Assembly: GCA_965242925.1 (NCBI GenBank)
Contig: CBDEUM010000007.1
Coordinates: forward strand, 1-40,528
Origin: Roseibacillus sp.
GTDB lineage: Bacteria; Verrucomicrobiota; Verrucomicrobiia; Verrucomicrobiales; Akkermansiaceae
Reading direction: 5' to 3'
Length of the DNA: 40,528 nucleotides
This document shows positions 15,809 through 26,801 of this stretch, piece by piece; position 1 is the first letter of the stretch; the number at the start of each line of letters is the position of its first letter. The translations under genes were made by a program, and so were the position numbers. Below the pieces are notes generated by a model. The model worked only from the letters and a program-made list of their open reading frames with translations, was not told the DNA's origin and searched no databases.

Positions 15809-17092
15809 TTACTTTTCCTGGCGCGCGTTCGCCTTCAGGCGCAGGGCATTGAGGGAGATGAAGCCGCTGGCGTCGTCCTGGTTGTAGGCGTGCTCGGCGC
15901 CACCCTCCATGGTGGCCACGTCTTCACTGTAAAGTGAGAGAGGAGAGCGGCGTCCTGCGTTCATGACGTTGCCCTTGTAAAGCTTGAGGCGTACTTCCCC
16001 GCTCACGGTCTGCTGGGTCTCGGTCACCAGGGCCTGCAGGGCGAGGCGCTCGGGGGCGAACCAGAAGCCATTGTAGATCAGCTGGGCATACTTGGGAATG
16101 AGGCTGTCGCGGATCTGCATGGCCTCGCGGTCCATGGTGAGGGTCTCGAGGTCGCGGTGGGCAGCCAGCAGGATGGTGCCCCCGGGGGTCTCGTAGATTC
16201 CGCGGGACTTCATGCCCACGAAGCGGTTTTCCACGATGTCGACCCGGCCGATTCCATGTTGCCCTCCCAGGGTGTTGAGCACGCGCATGATGCCGTAGGG
16301 CGAGAGGAGGGTGTAGCCGTCCCGTTCTCCTTCCGCCGTCACGTCCTCCAGGCCAGCGAGGAGGTCGTCCTGTCCTTCACCCTGGAAGCCGATGGCATCG
16401 CCCTTCTCGAAGAGGAGCTGGAGGTAGTGCGGTTGGTCGGGCGCCTCCTCGGGGGAAACGGAGAGCACATACATGTCGCGGTCCGCTTCGGTGGTTCCAT
16501 CGTACCAGGGATCTTCCAGCATGCCTGCCTCGAAGGAGATGTGCAGGAGGTTGCGGTCCATGGAGTAGGGTTTCTTGAGGGAGGCCTGGATCGGGATGTC
16601 GTGTGCCTCGGCGTAGGCGATCATTTCGCTGCGGCCGGGGAACTGCTCGCGGAAGCGCTCCTGGCGCCAGGGAGCGATGACTTCCACCTGGGGCGCGAGG
16701 CTGGCGGCGCTCAGTTCAAAGCGGACCTGGTCGTTGCCCTTTCCGGTGGCACCGTGGGCGATGGCGTCGGCTCCTTCCTGGAGGGCGATCTCGAGCATGC
16801 CCTTGGCGATGCAGGGACGGGCAATGGAGGTGCCCAGGAGGTAGCGGCCTTCGTAGACCGCGTTGGCCTGGAACATGGGAAAGATGAAGTCGCGGGCGAA
16901 CTCCTCCCGCATGTCGCCGATGAAGCACTTGCTGGCCCCGGTGTTGAGGGCCTTTTCCTCGAGTCCGTCCAGTTCGTCCCCCTGGCCGACGTCCGCGCAG
17001 AAGGCGATGACGTCCGCGCTGTAGGTCTCCTTCAGCCAGGTGAGCAGGACGGAGGTGTCCAATCCTCCGGAATAGGCGACGACGATTTTCAT
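15809..17092 (-). CDS. argG: argininosuccinate synthase
   Basis: [40 protein letters not shown]. Confidence 0.97.
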   Translation of the reverse strand: MKIVVAYSGGLDTSVLLTWLKETYSADVIAFCADVGQGDELDGLEEKALNTGASKCFIGDMREEFARDFIFPMFQANAVYEGRYLLGTSIARPCIAKGMLEIALQEGADAIAHGATGKGNDQVRFELSAASLAPQVEVIAPWRQERFREQFPGRSEMIAYAEAHDIPIQASLKKPYSMDRNLLHISFEAGMLEDPWYDGTTEADRDMYVLSVSPEEAPDQPHYLQLLFEKGDAIGFQGEGQDDLLAGLEDVTAEGERDGYTLLSPYGIMRVLNTLGGQHGIGRVDIVENRFVGMKSRGIYETPGGTILLAAHRDLETLTMDREAMQIRDSLIPKYAQLIYNGFWFAPERLALQALVTETQQTVSGEVRLKLYKGNVMNAGRRSPLSLYSEDVATMEGGAEHAYNQDDASGFISLNALRLKANARQEK

Positions 17093-17212
17093 GGTCGCGG
17101 AAGTTAAGAAGAGAGGGCGCAGAGTCCAGAACCAAGATTGTGGATTGCAGAATGGGGGGAAATCAGGGGGTGGGCTTGTCTCTCATGGTTCCGCGGCCAC
17201 AATCAGCCACGC

Positions 17213-17956
17213 ATGGAGATTGAGTTGTCGGCTGCCGGTTGGACCTGGGCCATCGTGGCCGCGCTGGCGGTGGGTGTTTCCAAGACCGGTTTCGGCGGGA
17301 TCGGCCTGGTGGCGGTCTCCATCATGGTGGATCTCTTCGGGAAGCCCTCGGTGGGAATCCTGCTGCCCATGCTGATCCTTGCCGACATCGCGGTCTACCC
17401 GTTCTTCCGGCGCTACGCGTCCTGGACCCCGGTGTGGAAGCTCCTCCCGCCCACCCTCCTGGGTTGTGGGGCGGGCTACTTCTTCCTCGACTGGATGCCG
17501 GCAGATTCAGCCCGTGCCATCATCGGAAGCATCATCCTGGCCATGGTCGGGATGCAGCTCTTCCGGCGCATCGGGCAGGAACGGTTTGAGCGCCTGGCCC
17601 ACTCCCGGTCGGCAGGCTACGGGGCGGGGTTCGCAGCGGGTATTGCCACCATGGTGGCCAATGCGGCCGGACCGATCTTCCAGCTCTATCTCCTTTCCCG
17701 CCGCTTTGAAAAACTGGAGCTCATCGGGGTGGGAGCGCGCTTCTTCCTCCTCGTCAATATCCTGAAGGTTCCCTTCCTCGGGGGGATGAGCTTCATCTAC
17801 GGGGAGAGTCTCCTCTTCAATCTCAAGCTCGTGCCGGTCATTCTGCTGGGAATCTACCTCGGGCGGCACCTCGTCCATGCCGTCTCGCAACGCCTCTTCG
17901 AGTGGCTTGTGATTACCTTTGCCCTGGTTGCCGGGGGGCGGCTTGTTTTCTTCTAG
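17213..17956 (+). CDS. TauE/SafE (TSUP) family membrane protein
   Basis: About 8 hydrophobic segments; GVSKTGFGG; GIATMVANAAGP. Confidence 0.85.
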   Translation: MEIELSAAGWTWAIVAALAVGVSKTGFGGIGLVAVSIMVDLFGKPSVGILLPMLILADIAVYPFFRRYASWTPVWKLLPPTLLGCGAGYFFLDWMPADSARAIIGSIILAMVGMQLFRRIGQERFERLAHSRSAGYGAGFAAGIATMVANAAGPIFQLYLLSRRFEKLELIGVGARFFLLVNILKVPFLGGMSFIYGESLLFNLKLVPVILLGIYLGRHLVHAVSQRLFEWLVITFALVAGGRLVFF

Positions 17957-17968
17957 GGGGGCGGCTTC

Positions 17969-18619
17969 TCACCAGCCGCGATTGGCGGGGAGGCGGCCCA
18001 GCATCTTGTAGTTCTGCCAGGCGGTGAAGCCGAGAAGGATGGGGAAGAGGAGGCTCCTGGTCAGGAGAAACATCAGCACCCCGACGACCACTGCCACGAC
18101 GATGCTGATCTTGAGGGTGAGCTGAATGCGACGGGGACCGAGGACTTCCCGGAGGATCTGCCCCCCGTCCAGGGGATGGACCGGGATGAGATTGATGAGA
18201 GCCCAGAACAGGCTCACCCATACGAAGGCATAGAGAAGGCTGGCGGCCGGGCCGTCGAAGCTGTGCGGCAGGAGCAGGAGCAGGACAAGGGACGCTCCGC
18301 CACAGCAGGCCTGGAGGGCCGGACCTGCCGCACTGACGAGGATCTGCTGGCCCCGGTTGAAGCGGGCGCCCTGCGAGATGGCTACTCCTCCCATGCCGTG
18401 GAGGACAATGGCGACATGCCGGCACCCGAAAAGCCGGCTCATGAAGGCGTGACCCAGCTCGTGGATGAGGATGGAAGCGAAACCCGCCATCATGAACAGC
18501 ATTACCCTGAAAAGGTCCTCGCGTTCCTGAATGCCCAGAGCACCTCCAATGAAGGCGAGGATGAGCCAGTGCCAGGGTTCCACCGTGACGGGGAATCCGA
18601 AGAGACGGAAGCGGAGCAC
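17969..18619 (-). CDS. site-2 protease family (M50) membrane metalloprotease
   Basis: HELGH; VSAAGP; NLIPVHPLDGG. Confidence 0.9.
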   Translation of the reverse strand: MLRFRLFGFPVTVEPWHWLILAFIGGALGIQEREDLFRVMLFMMAGFASILIHELGHAFMSRLFGCRHVAIVLHGMGGVAISQGARFNRGQQILVSAAGPALQACCGGASLVLLLLLPHSFDGPAASLLYAFVWVSLFWALINLIPVHPLDGGQILREVLGPRRIQLTLKISIVVAVVVGVLMFLLTRSLLFPILLGFTAWQNYKMLGRLPANRGW

Positions 18620-18731
18620 GGGAAGAGACTAAGGACATTCCTCCGGGAGTCGAGTGTCCAGTGGGACTGGTTTGGCTGCGCGGCCGGAGCCTGGTGGGAG
18701 CGCAGGAGTATCAGAACCGGGGTCATCCCGG

Positions 18732-18762
18732 AAAAAACCCCCGCCGACGGTGTCGGGTGGGG
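18732..18762 (-). terminator. putative intrinsic terminator downstream of topB
   Basis: On the minus strand, an imperfect GC hairpin (ccccacccgac-acc-gtcggcggggg) followed by T6. Confidence 0.5.
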
Positions 18763-18841
18763 CTACTTCGCAAGGATGAACCTGCGAGAGCTGCTGGTGG
18801 GTTCAAGGGCGGCAGTTGGGAGTCATCAGCCACGGCGGATT

Positions 18842-21424
18842 CTATTCCTTCTGCGCGGTCTTTTTCTTGGCAGCCTTCTTTCGCGGCGGGAATTCAAAGG
18901 TGGGTCGGCCCTGCTCGAAGTCATAGCGGAGGAAGGCGTCAAACTTTCGCTTGGTCCGGTTGGAGACGAATCCCTTGAGGAGTTCACTTTTCTCACCGTT
19001 GAGCATTCGGATGGCGGCCTCGCGGGGGATCTCGGCGGAGAGGATGGTCTTCGAGAACTTGACGCCCTCGGGTTCCTTGTCGGTCTTCAGGGAGGGGACA
19101 AGGTAGCTCTTGTCGGTCTCGTAGAGGTCGTGCCGGGCGTCCCCGTGGGTGATCTGGGCCACGATCTGATCCTCGGAGAGCTCCTCCGGTTCGTCCTGCT
19201 CAAAGACAAAGTTGGTTTTGAGTCGTCCCTTCTTGCCGGTCTTGCTGACCGCCTGCACCAGTTCGATGGCGGCTTCGAAGGGTTTGTTGAAACGGGAGAT
19301 GAATCCTTCGCGTGGTCCAAGGAACTTGGTGGTAAAGAGCTCCCGGGCCTCCTCCTCGCTGAGGGGGCGGCCCGCGATGTACTTCGAGATGCGGAATTTA
19401 CATTCCGGTTCGTTGCATTCGTAGGTGGCGTCGGTCTGCTTGAGATCGGGAGCGCCGCATTCGGGGCAGGCGCACTCAAGGGCCGGGAAGGTGCGGGAGA
19501 CGGCCTCGTCGTAATGGGATCGGGCTTTGTTCACGACATCCTCGGTAAAGGTCGCGATCTCCTTCATGAAGGTCTCGCGATCGAGTTGGCCGTGCTCCAT
19601 CTGGCGCAGCTTGGCTTCCCAGTCGCCCGTCATGGAGGGAGAGGTCAGGGGTTTGATGTCCATTTCCTCAAGAAGCTCGATCAGGCGGAGCCCCTTGCCG
19701 GTGACGTTGAGGTCGCGGCCGTCGCGGGCGAGGTATTTCTGCCGGAGGAGGCCCTCGATGGTGGCGGCGCGGGTGGCCGGGGTGCCGAGACCACGTTCGG
19801 CCATGGCTTCGCGCAGTTCCTCGTCATCAACGAGTTTTCCGGCGCCCTCCATGGCGGAAAGGAGGGTGGACTCAGTAAATCGGGCGGGAGGATTGGTTTC
19901 CTTTTCCTCAAGCTGGACTTCCTGGACGACGGCATCTTCCCCTTCGTTGACGGGGACGAGTTCGTCCTTCCCGGCGGCGACCCCGACGCTACGGCCGTAG
20001 ACGGCGAGCCAGCCGGGGTTGGTGAGGATCTTGCCATCGGTTTGAAACGTGTCGGAGGTGCTTTGCACCGGCTCGGGGGAGCTGGGAATGATGATGGTGC
20101 CCGGCTCGGAGTGATTGATGGTGGTAAGGCGTTTGGTGACCTCGAATTCGGCGTGGGGGAAGAAGACTGCGATGAAGCGTTTGACGACCATGCCGTAAAG
20201 TTTTTCCTCGGCTTCATTGATTTTGACGACGCGACCGGTCGGGATAATGGCGAAGTGGTCTGAGACCTTGGCGTTGTTGAAGACGCGCTTCTGGAAATTG
20301 ATGCGATCGTTGTCGAGGGAGTCTGCGGCCCACCTGGCGATGGGATGGTTGGATTTCGCGAGCTCTCTGGTGGTCTGGATGACGTTGGCCAGATAATCCT
20401 CGGGCAGGTAGCGTGAATCGGTCCGAGGGTAGGTGAGCATCTTGTGCCTCTCATAGAGAGTCTGGGCGAGGCCTAGTGTGTTCTTGGCGGTAAAGGGAGC
20501 TTCGCGCTGGAGAGTGGTGAGGTCGTAGAGTTGGGGGGCGATCTGCCTGGTGGGTTTCTTTTCCTCGTGGACGGTACCGGTCTTGCCCTGGCAGCGGTCG
20601 TGGATGGTCCTGGCGGTTTCAAGGTCCCAGATGCGTTCGCGGCGGGAGTGGGGATTGCCCTCGTCCTTTTTCCAGGCGGGGTCGATCCACTTGCCAGCGT
20701 ATTCCCCGGCTTCGACGCCGAAGTCGGCGTGGACCTCGGCGTAGGGGGTGGGGTTGAAGGCGGCGATTTCTCGTTCGCGGTTGGCGAGGATTGCGAGGGT
20801 GGGAGTCTGGACCCGGCCGGCGGCGGTGATGTTGAAGCCGCCGTGACGGGAACGGAAGCAGGTGAGGGCCCGGGTGGAATTGAGGCCCACCAACCAGTCG
20901 GACTCGGAGCGACACTTGGCTGCATCGGCAAGATCGTCCATTTCTTCTCCACGGCGCAGGGTGTCCCAGGCATCCTGGATGGCCCCGGAGGTCATGGATT
21001 GCATCCAGAGGCGCTTGATCGGTTTATCGATGCCTCCGATGTCGAGGATGTACTGAAAGATGAGTTCCCCCTCGCGGCCGGCATCGCAGGCGTTCACGAT
21101 CAGGCCGACATCCTTGCGCCGGGCGAGTTTGAGGACATGGCGGAGGCGCCCCTCGGATTTCTCGATGGGCTGCAGTTCGAAGGTTCGGGGGATGGCGGGG
21201 AGGACGTCGAATTTCCAGGGCAGATTCCTGCCATTCGGGCCGGTGGGCATCTTGAGTTCGACGAGGTGGCCGACCGCGGAGGTGATGATGGCCTGCTCGT
21301 TTTCGAAGTATTTCGCGTCGAGCGATTTCCCTTTTTTCTCAAACTTGTCGAGCTTCTTGGCGAGGGCACGCGAGAGGTCGGTCATGACCGAGGGTTTCTC
21401 CGCAATGATGAGGGTTTTTGCCAT
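18842..21424 (-). CDS. topB: type IA DNA topoisomerase (topoisomerase III-like)
   Basis: [24 protein letters not shown]; catalytic [17 protein letters not shown]; one Cys4 ribbon and two C-terminal topoisomerase-type repeats ([10 protein letters not shown] / [11 protein letters not shown]). Confidence 0.88.
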   Translation of the reverse strand: MAKTLIIAEKPSVMTDLSRALAKKLDKFEKKGKSLDAKYFENEQAIITSAVGHLVELKMPTGPNGRNLPWKFDVLPAIPRTFELQPIEKSEGRLRHVLKLARRKDVGLIVNACDAGREGELIFQYILDIGGIDKPIKRLWMQSMTSGAIQDAWDTLRRGEEMDDLADAAKCRSESDWLVGLNSTRALTCFRSRHGGFNITAAGRVQTPTLAILANREREIAAFNPTPYAEVHADFGVEAGEYAGKWIDPAWKKDEGNPHSRRERIWDLETARTIHDRCQGKTGTVHEEKKPTRQIAPQLYDLTTLQREAPFTAKNTLGLAQTLYERHKMLTYPRTDSRYLPEDYLANVIQTTRELAKSNHPIARWAADSLDNDRINFQKRVFNNAKVSDHFAIIPTGRVVKINEAEEKLYGMVVKRFIAVFFPHAEFEVTKRLTTINHSEPGTIIIPSSPEPVQSTSDTFQTDGKILTNPGWLAVYGRSVGVAAGKDELVPVNEGEDAVVQEVQLEEKETNPPARFTESTLLSAMEGAGKLVDDEELREAMAERGLGTPATRAATIEGLLRQKYLARDGRDLNVTGKGLRLIELLEEMDIKPLTSPSMTGDWEAKLRQMEHGQLDRETFMKEIATFTEDVVNKARSHYDEAVSRTFPALECACPECGAPDLKQTDATYECNEPECKFRISKYIAGRPLSEEEARELFTTKFLGPREGFISRFNKPFEAAIELVQAVSKTGKKGRLKTNFVFEQDEPEELSEDQIVAQITHGDARHDLYETDKSYLVPSLKTDKEPEGVKFSKTILSAEIPREAAIRMLNGEKSELLKGFVSNRTKRKFDAFLRYDFEQGRPTFEFPPRKKAAKKKTAQKE

Positions 21425-21487
21425 CCGGGGATGCCACATACGCGGCGGAAGGTGGTTTTGGAAAGGGGAATTTTTCGAGAGGTCCTC

Positions 21488-21514
21488 TTTCAGGAACCCT
21501 GGGGGTTCCTGAAA
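21488..21514. repeat. perfect 12-bp inverted repeat between dprA and topB
   Basis: TTTCAGGAACCC-tgg-GGGTTCCTGAAA. Confidence 0.8.
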
Positions 21515-21647
21515 ATGTTGTCTTTACTGGTCTCGTGACCGCGAAGCCGAAGGGCAGTAAACAGGGTGGAAGAGCTTCTTTACGGACCCGGGGGGTAAGG
21601 AGTGGAACGGTTCCGGGGGAGGGGATTCCGGGAGATGAAGGGTGCTT

Positions 21648-22760
21648 TCAGGCTGATTTCACGAAGTAGGAGCCGGGGAGCTGTTTGGCGAGGCTTCTCA
21701 TTTCGAGTCGGAGGAGGGTGGCGGCGACCGTGGAAGCGGGCAGCCCCGAATCCTCGATGATCTGGTCCATGCTGCGCTCTTCCCCGGTCAACTGGGCGAA
21801 GACCTGGCTCTCGTCCTCGCTGAGGCGGGCCAGATCGGGGTTGGCGGAGGGTTCGTGGACGGGCGCGGTGGTCCGGGCCTCCGGAGGAAGCGGGGAGAGT
21901 TCATCCAGGATCTGGGATCCGTCCGTGACCAGGATGGCGCCGGTGCGGATGAGTTCATTGCAGCCTTCCGAACTGGGGCGGTCAATCCCCCCGGGGATGG
22001 CAAAGACGTGCTTCCCGTAATCTCCGGCCAGGTCGGCGGTGATGAGGGAGCCGGAGCGGGAGGGACACTCGACCACCAGCAGTCCCTCGCACCATCCAGC
22101 CACGATGCGGTTGCGTTGCGGAAAGGTGTGGGTGTCCGGCCTGGTCCCGATGGGGAATTCCGAGATGACCGCGCCATGGCCGTCCGCGATTCGTTCCGCC
22201 AGGGCCATGTTCTCGGGAGGATAGAGCTGGCCCAGACCGGAACCCAGCACCGCGATGGTGCGACCCTCGGCCGCAAGAGCCCCCTCGTGGGCCGTGGTGT
22301 CGATTCCGCGCGCCAGTCCCGAGATGATGGTGAAGCCCGCATAACCGAGTTGGAACGAGAACTTCCTGGTGCAGTTTCGTCCGTAGTGGGTTGTCTTGCG
22401 TGATCCCACGATCGCGAAGGCACGGGCGTCGCGTTCCTGCACCTCGCCCCACACGTAGAGGAGAAGGGGGGCGTCCGGGAGATGGGTGAAGGCGGCAGGC
22501 CAGGCCGGTTGTCCGGGTGTGAGCAGGGAGAGGCCCCGTGAGCGGATGGAGGATAGTTCCCCCTGGAGATCGGCATGATCCTCCCAGGTGTGGATGACCC
22601 TGGCCGACTCGGGACCGATCCCGTTGATGGCGGTAAGCTGGGCTTCAGAGGCACGCAGGACACCTTCCGCGTCCCCGAAGCGGTCGAGAAGACGGCGGAG
22701 CCGGATCGGACCCAGTCCGGGGAGGAGGTTGAGAGCAAGGAGGCTTTCCTGGGAGGTCAT
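21648..22760 (-). CDS. dprA: DNA-processing protein DprA
   Basis: AIVGSRK, ISGLARGIDT, FPQRNRIVAG, SGSLITA, VFAIPG; C-terminal winged helix (LLRLEM...LPG). Confidence 0.95.
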   Translation of the reverse strand: MTSQESLLALNLLPGLGPIRLRRLLDRFGDAEGVLRASEAQLTAINGIGPESARVIHTWEDHADLQGELSSIRSRGLSLLTPGQPAWPAAFTHLPDAPLLLYVWGEVQERDARAFAIVGSRKTTHYGRNCTRKFSFQLGYAGFTIISGLARGIDTTAHEGALAAEGRTIAVLGSGLGQLYPPENMALAERIADGHGAVISEFPIGTRPDTHTFPQRNRIVAGWCEGLLVVECPSRSGSLITADLAGDYGKHVFAIPGGIDRPSSEGCNELIRTGAILVTDGSQILDELSPLPPEARTTAPVHEPSANPDLARLSEDESQVFAQLTGEERSMDQIIEDSGLPASTVAATLLRLEMRSLAKQLPGSYFVKSA

Positions 22761-22976
22761 TTCCGAAGGGTTCCGGACCTGTTTTCCAGGATCCGGTCAC
22801 TGGCAACTTGGTGCGGATAGGCGATTTTTCTAGGGCTTATTTGGGAAAAGCTGATCTGCCATATGGCGGGCAGGAGCTGCAGACATCCTGACAATTTCAA
22901 GGGAGCTGGCTGATGGTTCCTGACGTGCGGTTTCTGCGGGATTGACAGGGAGTGGCAGTGGTGCGAGCAGACAGGG

Positions 22977-23834
22977 ATGAAACGCTTTCTGCTCGGCTTT
23001 GCTGCCCTGTCCCTCCTGGCCCTGCCCTGCTCTTTCGCGGAGGAGAATGCGTCTGCAGTGAAACTCAGGAAGATCCCGGACAAGCTGGTGGTCCTGACCT
23101 TTGATGACTGTAACAAGTCAGACCGGGCCTTCGTGGCCGGGGAGGTGAAGAAACACCGCTTCGGGGCGACCTTCTACGTGACGGAGGGACTGGGATTCTT
23201 ACGGAACAAGGACCATTACGTTACCTGGAAGGAGATCGCGGAATTGCACGGAATGGGCTTTGAGATTGGCAATCACACCAGAACCCATCCTCACATGCCC
23301 AGGCTCTCCAAGGAGCGCATGAAGGGTGAGCTGACCCATATCGAGAAACGCTGTGAGCAGTACAAGATTCCGAGGCCGGTGACCTTCTGCTATCCGGGGT
23401 TCGGGCACAGTCCCACCTGTGTCGAGGTGCTGACCGAAATGAATTACCTCTTTGCACGGCGAGGAGTGGGTCCGGAATTCAAGGACGGCGGGAAGGGAGC
23501 ACGAGGTCCCGCCTACGATCCGCGGGTTGATCATCCCCTTCTGGTGCCGACCACCGGTTATGCGGGTCCCGACTGGAAATTCGAAGATCTGGTCTGGGCC
23601 GTGGAGCAGGCTCGCGACGGCAGGATTGCAGTGCTCTGCTATCATGGGGTGCCGGCCCTGGAACATCCCTGGGTGAATTGCGATCCCGGGGACTTCCGGA
23701 AGCACATGGCCTACCTCAGTAAGGAAGGCTGTACCGTAATCGCAATGCGCGATCTTGCGCACTATGTCGATCCCGCGAAGGGGCCCGGAGATCCATACGC
23801 CCCGATCAGGGCGCGTGTGGCGGGCAAGAAGTGA
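22977..23834 (+). CDS. secreted polysaccharide deacetylase (CE4/NodB family)
   Basis: Signal peptide; VLTFDD; EIGNHTRTHP; FCYPG; LCYHG. TTGACA at 22942-22947 upstream. Confidence 0.88.
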   Translation: MKRFLLGFAALSLLALPCSFAEENASAVKLRKIPDKLVVLTFDDCNKSDRAFVAGEVKKHRFGATFYVTEGLGFLRNKDHYVTWKEIAELHGMGFEIGNHTRTHPHMPRLSKERMKGELTHIEKRCEQYKIPRPVTFCYPGFGHSPTCVEVLTEMNYLFARRGVGPEFKDGGKGARGPAYDPRVDHPLLVPTTGYAGPDWKFEDLVWAVEQARDGRIAVLCYHGVPALEHPWVNCDPGDFRKHMAYLSKEGCTVIAMRDLAHYVDPAKGPGDPYAPIRARVAGKK

Positions 23835-23852
23835 GGGGTCGGTCGCCTGTCC

Positions 23853-25445
23853 CTACCGGTTTCGGCGCCGCTTTTTGGGGTCCACCTTGACCGGAGGCGG
23901 GGAGGGAGGGTCCAGGATATTGAGGAGCGAGATAACGGCCTTGCCCTCGGGCAGCCTGGAGTAGCGTTTTTCCATCTTTTGCAGGAGGAGGATGGCGGTC
24001 TCCTTGTTCCCGGCAGCGCGGTAGACATCCATGATGTGGAGGTCCTGCCTCAACTGGTCGGTCTTGTTCTGGAACTTGTCGCTGGCACTCGTGAAGAAAG
24101 CGGTGGCCTGCTCTTCCTGCTGGTTTGCCCGGGCGAGCAGGCCGAGGGCCTCAAAGACGGGTCCACTGTTGGTATTGTTGGCATAGGTGCGCAGCTTCGG
24201 GACAAGTTTTTCCGGATCGTCTCCCCATTCGTCTTGGGCATGCCGGAGAGCCTTGTAGTCGCGATCTTCCCTGTCCTTCACGTTCGCCTCGAGATCTTCC
24301 CGGAAGGGGCGGTAGAGGGGATCGCCGAGGAGGACGGCTTGCCAGGAGAGAGCAGGGAGGGCCATGTGGGAGGCCTCGCCGATGGTGTAGCCCTGGAGAA
24401 GGCGTTGATGGATGATATCAAAGTGATGGGTGAGGGCGAGGAAGGGCTCGTAGACATTGCCCACCGTGGCGGCGGCCCCATGCGCGAGAATCGGTCCGCA
24501 CCAGCGCCGCGCTGGGTGTCGGAGTTCGAATGCGCTGTAGGAATGAAGATGGATGGCAATCGCTCCGCGCTTGAACCGGAACTTCTCGTTCAGGAGTGGC
24601 CCGCTGCGGTGGTGGGAATACCAGCCATAGTAAAGGGCGGCGTGGCTCATGGGGTAGTTGGTGACATAGGTGTCGGGGTGCCGGTCGATGACCGTGGGGA
24701 TGCCGACTTCCCTGTTCATCCCGGCAATCTTTTCCAGCCACTGGTCTCCCAGTTCGTAGCCCTCTCCCTTCCGGGCGAGGTCGAGGTAGGCCATGCCCCA
24801 GAGACCGCTTTCTTCCACTGCCCGGGCGTCGTCGATCATGCGTTTGCAGATGGCGGGGGACGGTCCGTCAATGCGTCCCACCACGAGAAAGCTGGCGTTG
24901 GAGAAGTCCATGACCGACTCGTCCTGACGGAAGTAGGGATTGTTGATCTGTCCCGCGATGGCGTATTTTTCCACCCCAAGGAGGCTGAGCTCGGAATCGA
25001 CCGAGGATTCGTTGCCCTTGGGATCGGGGGCGAACGGGCGTTTTTCGAGCTGGTTTGCGGAGATGGTTTCGGGTGTGCGGGCGATCTTGTAGGGGACCCC
25101 TCGCATGGTGACGAGGACCCTGCGATTAAGGGAAACCGGTTGGGGTTGGCCGTCCGCTCCCTCCGGCCGTTCCCACCACCCGCGAGCTTCAAAGAGTTTG
25201 CGCAGAGGATCGCGGATCTTTTCATCAAATTGCTCGCGGGAGATTTCCTCGTCGGGCGGCATGGGCAGGCCCACGAGGTTGTCCTCGGGGATGGCGCGCA
25301 CCCTCGCATAGTGCCGGGCCAGGGATTTCGAGTCGGCTTCCCTGCTGTTGTAGAGGACTACGACGGATTCGGCCGGGATCGCTGCGGGACGGGCCAGGAG
25401 CACCGGAGAGGAAACGAGGAGCAGGGCGCAGAGGAGGTGTGTCAT
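23853..25445 (-). CDS. TIGR03790 family protein with a helical (TPR-like) C-terminus
   Basis: VVVLYNS...S..LA.HY..VR.IP..N; SVDSELS; VGRIDGP; YYGWY; AIHLHSYSA; GNVYEPFL; LLGDPLYRPF. Confidence 0.8.
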   Translation of the reverse strand: MTHLLCALLLVSSPVLLARPAAIPAESVVVLYNSREADSKSLARHYARVRAIPEDNLVGLPMPPDEEISREQFDEKIRDPLRKLFEARGWWERPEGADGQPQPVSLNRRVLVTMRGVPYKIARTPETISANQLEKRPFAPDPKGNESSVDSELSLLGVEKYAIAGQINNPYFRQDESVMDFSNASFLVVGRIDGPSPAICKRMIDDARAVEESGLWGMAYLDLARKGEGYELGDQWLEKIAGMNREVGIPTVIDRHPDTYVTNYPMSHAALYYGWYSHHRSGPLLNEKFRFKRGAIAIHLHSYSAFELRHPARRWCGPILAHGAAATVGNVYEPFLALTHHFDIIHQRLLQGYTIGEASHMALPALSWQAVLLGDPLYRPFREDLEANVKDREDRDYKALRHAQDEWGDDPEKLVPKLRTYANNTNSGPVFEALGLLARANQQEEQATAFFTSASDKFQNKTDQLRQDLHIMDVYRAAGNKETAILLLQKMEKRYSRLPEGKAVISLLNILDPPSPPPVKVDPKKRRRNR

Positions 25446-26272
25446 GGACTGGGAGGAGCAACCATAGCGCAGGGTTCACCACTCTCAAAGCTCAACCTGA
25501 GTCCATCGCAGGCGACGGTGACCGATTCCGGAAGATCCAGATCGCGGGCAGCGCTGCGGTAATCGATTTCGTGGGTGAGGTGGGTGAGAAGGGCCCGGGC
25601 AGGTTGAATCCGGGCGATGGCTGCCAGGGACTCTTCGACGTTCATGTGGGTGAGGTGCGGCTTGGGACGAAGGGCATCGATGATGAGGACTTCAAGACCC
25701 TCGAGAAGAGAGAAACTTGAGGAAGGGATCTCCTTCACGTCACTGAGGTAGGCCAAGGCCTGACCGGTGGGGAGGTCGAAGCGGAATCCAAAGGTTTCCA
25801 CCGAGGGGTGCACCACCGGAACCGGGGTGATAGCAAGATCACCGAGTTTGAACGGACCCTCGATGACACGGGGAGCGGGTCTGACATAATTGGGAGAGGT
25901 GTTTGACATGGCCCAGGGAAACATCTGGGTGAGGACCTCCAGGGTCTCCGGGCCGGCATGGAGGGGAAGAGGATCCTCCCGGTGCCAGCAGAAGGCCCGC
26001 AGTTCATCGAAGCCTGCCACGTGGTCGAGATGAGAATGGGTGTAAAGAACGGCATCGACAGTATGCAGGTCCTCCCGCAGGGCCTGCTGGCGGAGGTCGG
26101 GGCCGCTGTCGACGAGGACGGAAAGTCCGGGCATCTGCAGGTGAAGGGAAGAGCGGGTGCGTTGGTTGCCCGGATGGCCGGAGGTGCATACCGGGCAGTG
26201 GCAGCCAATTACCGGAACCCCCACCGAAGTGCCGGTGCCAAGCAGGGTGGCGGTGACGGGCTTAGTACTCAC
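25442..26272 (-). CDS. MBL-fold metallo-hydrolase, PhnP/YcfH-neighbour-type phosphodiesterase
   Basis: LGTGTSVGVPVIGCHCPVC; THSHLDH; AYLSD; LTHLTH; ATGA overlap with the TIGR03790 gene. Confidence 0.9.
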   Translation of the reverse strand: MSTKPVTATLLGTGTSVGVPVIGCHCPVCTSGHPGNQRTRSSLHLQMPGLSVLVDSGPDLRQQALREDLHTVDAVLYTHSHLDHVAGFDELRAFCWHREDPLPLHAGPETLEVLTQMFPWAMSNTSPNYVRPAPRVIEGPFKLGDLAITPVPVVHPSVETFGFRFDLPTGQALAYLSDVKEIPSSSFSLLEGLEVLIIDALRPKPHLTHMNVEESLAAIARIQPARALLTHLTHEIDYRSAARDLDLPESVTVACDGLRLSFESGEPCAMVAPPSP

Positions 26273-26312
26273 GGAGGGGAAGGTCGCCGCTCGAATGCGG
26301 TTTTGAGTGTGA

Positions 26313-26801
26313 CTATCGGACGAAGACGAGGAACTTGCGACAGAGAAAATTCACGAGCGCCGAGGTGCCGATCAGCATGAACTGGGCGAGGATGCTGGGA
26401 AGTCCCAACCACCGGATGAGGAATGGTCCTCCCAGCAGGCCGACCAGGAAGCCGAACCCGGCAATGGAAGTGAAGAGGGAGAATTCGGCGGTTCTGGAAT
26501 GGCGTCCGGGGACGAAGACGAGGCGGGCGTTGAGGAGGTAGCAGACCTGATTGGCGAAGGGAAAGGCGATCAGGTTGTTGATGATGAGATTTCGCTGCCG
26601 TTGGGCATCGGTGATCGGCTGGCCCTCGATGGTCGACCAGTCCATGGCCGGGATCATGGTGTTGGAGAGGGTCATGGCGATGGCCAGGAGGATGATGGTG
26701 CTGGCGATCCCGCAGAGGCCGTACTTCACGAACTGCACGAAAACAGGAGTGTCGTGGGTCTGAAGCCAGCGTTTGAGAGTATCTTGGCGGGGAATTCTCA
26801 T
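26313..26801 (-). CDS. GtrA family membrane protein
   Basis: QFVKYGLCG; NLIAF...YLLNARLVF; C-terminal NFLCRKFLVF; four hydrophobic segments. Confidence 0.85.
   Translation of the reverse strand: MRIPRQDTLKRWLQTHDTPVFVQFVKYGLCGIASTIILLAIAMTLSNTMIPAMDWSTIEGQPITDAQRQRNLIINNLIAFPFANQVCYLLNARLVFVPGRHSRTAEFSLFTSIAGFGFLVGLLGGPFLIRWLGLPSILAQFMLIGTSALVNFLCRKFLVFVR

Noticed and set aside
18176..20263. 695-aa plus-strand ORF, and similar long antisense ORFs (e.g. 3721-4971, 12314-13612, 14300-15667, 23979-25562)
   Set aside because: Shadow frames opposite well-supported genes, expected at high GC; no recognisable motifs.
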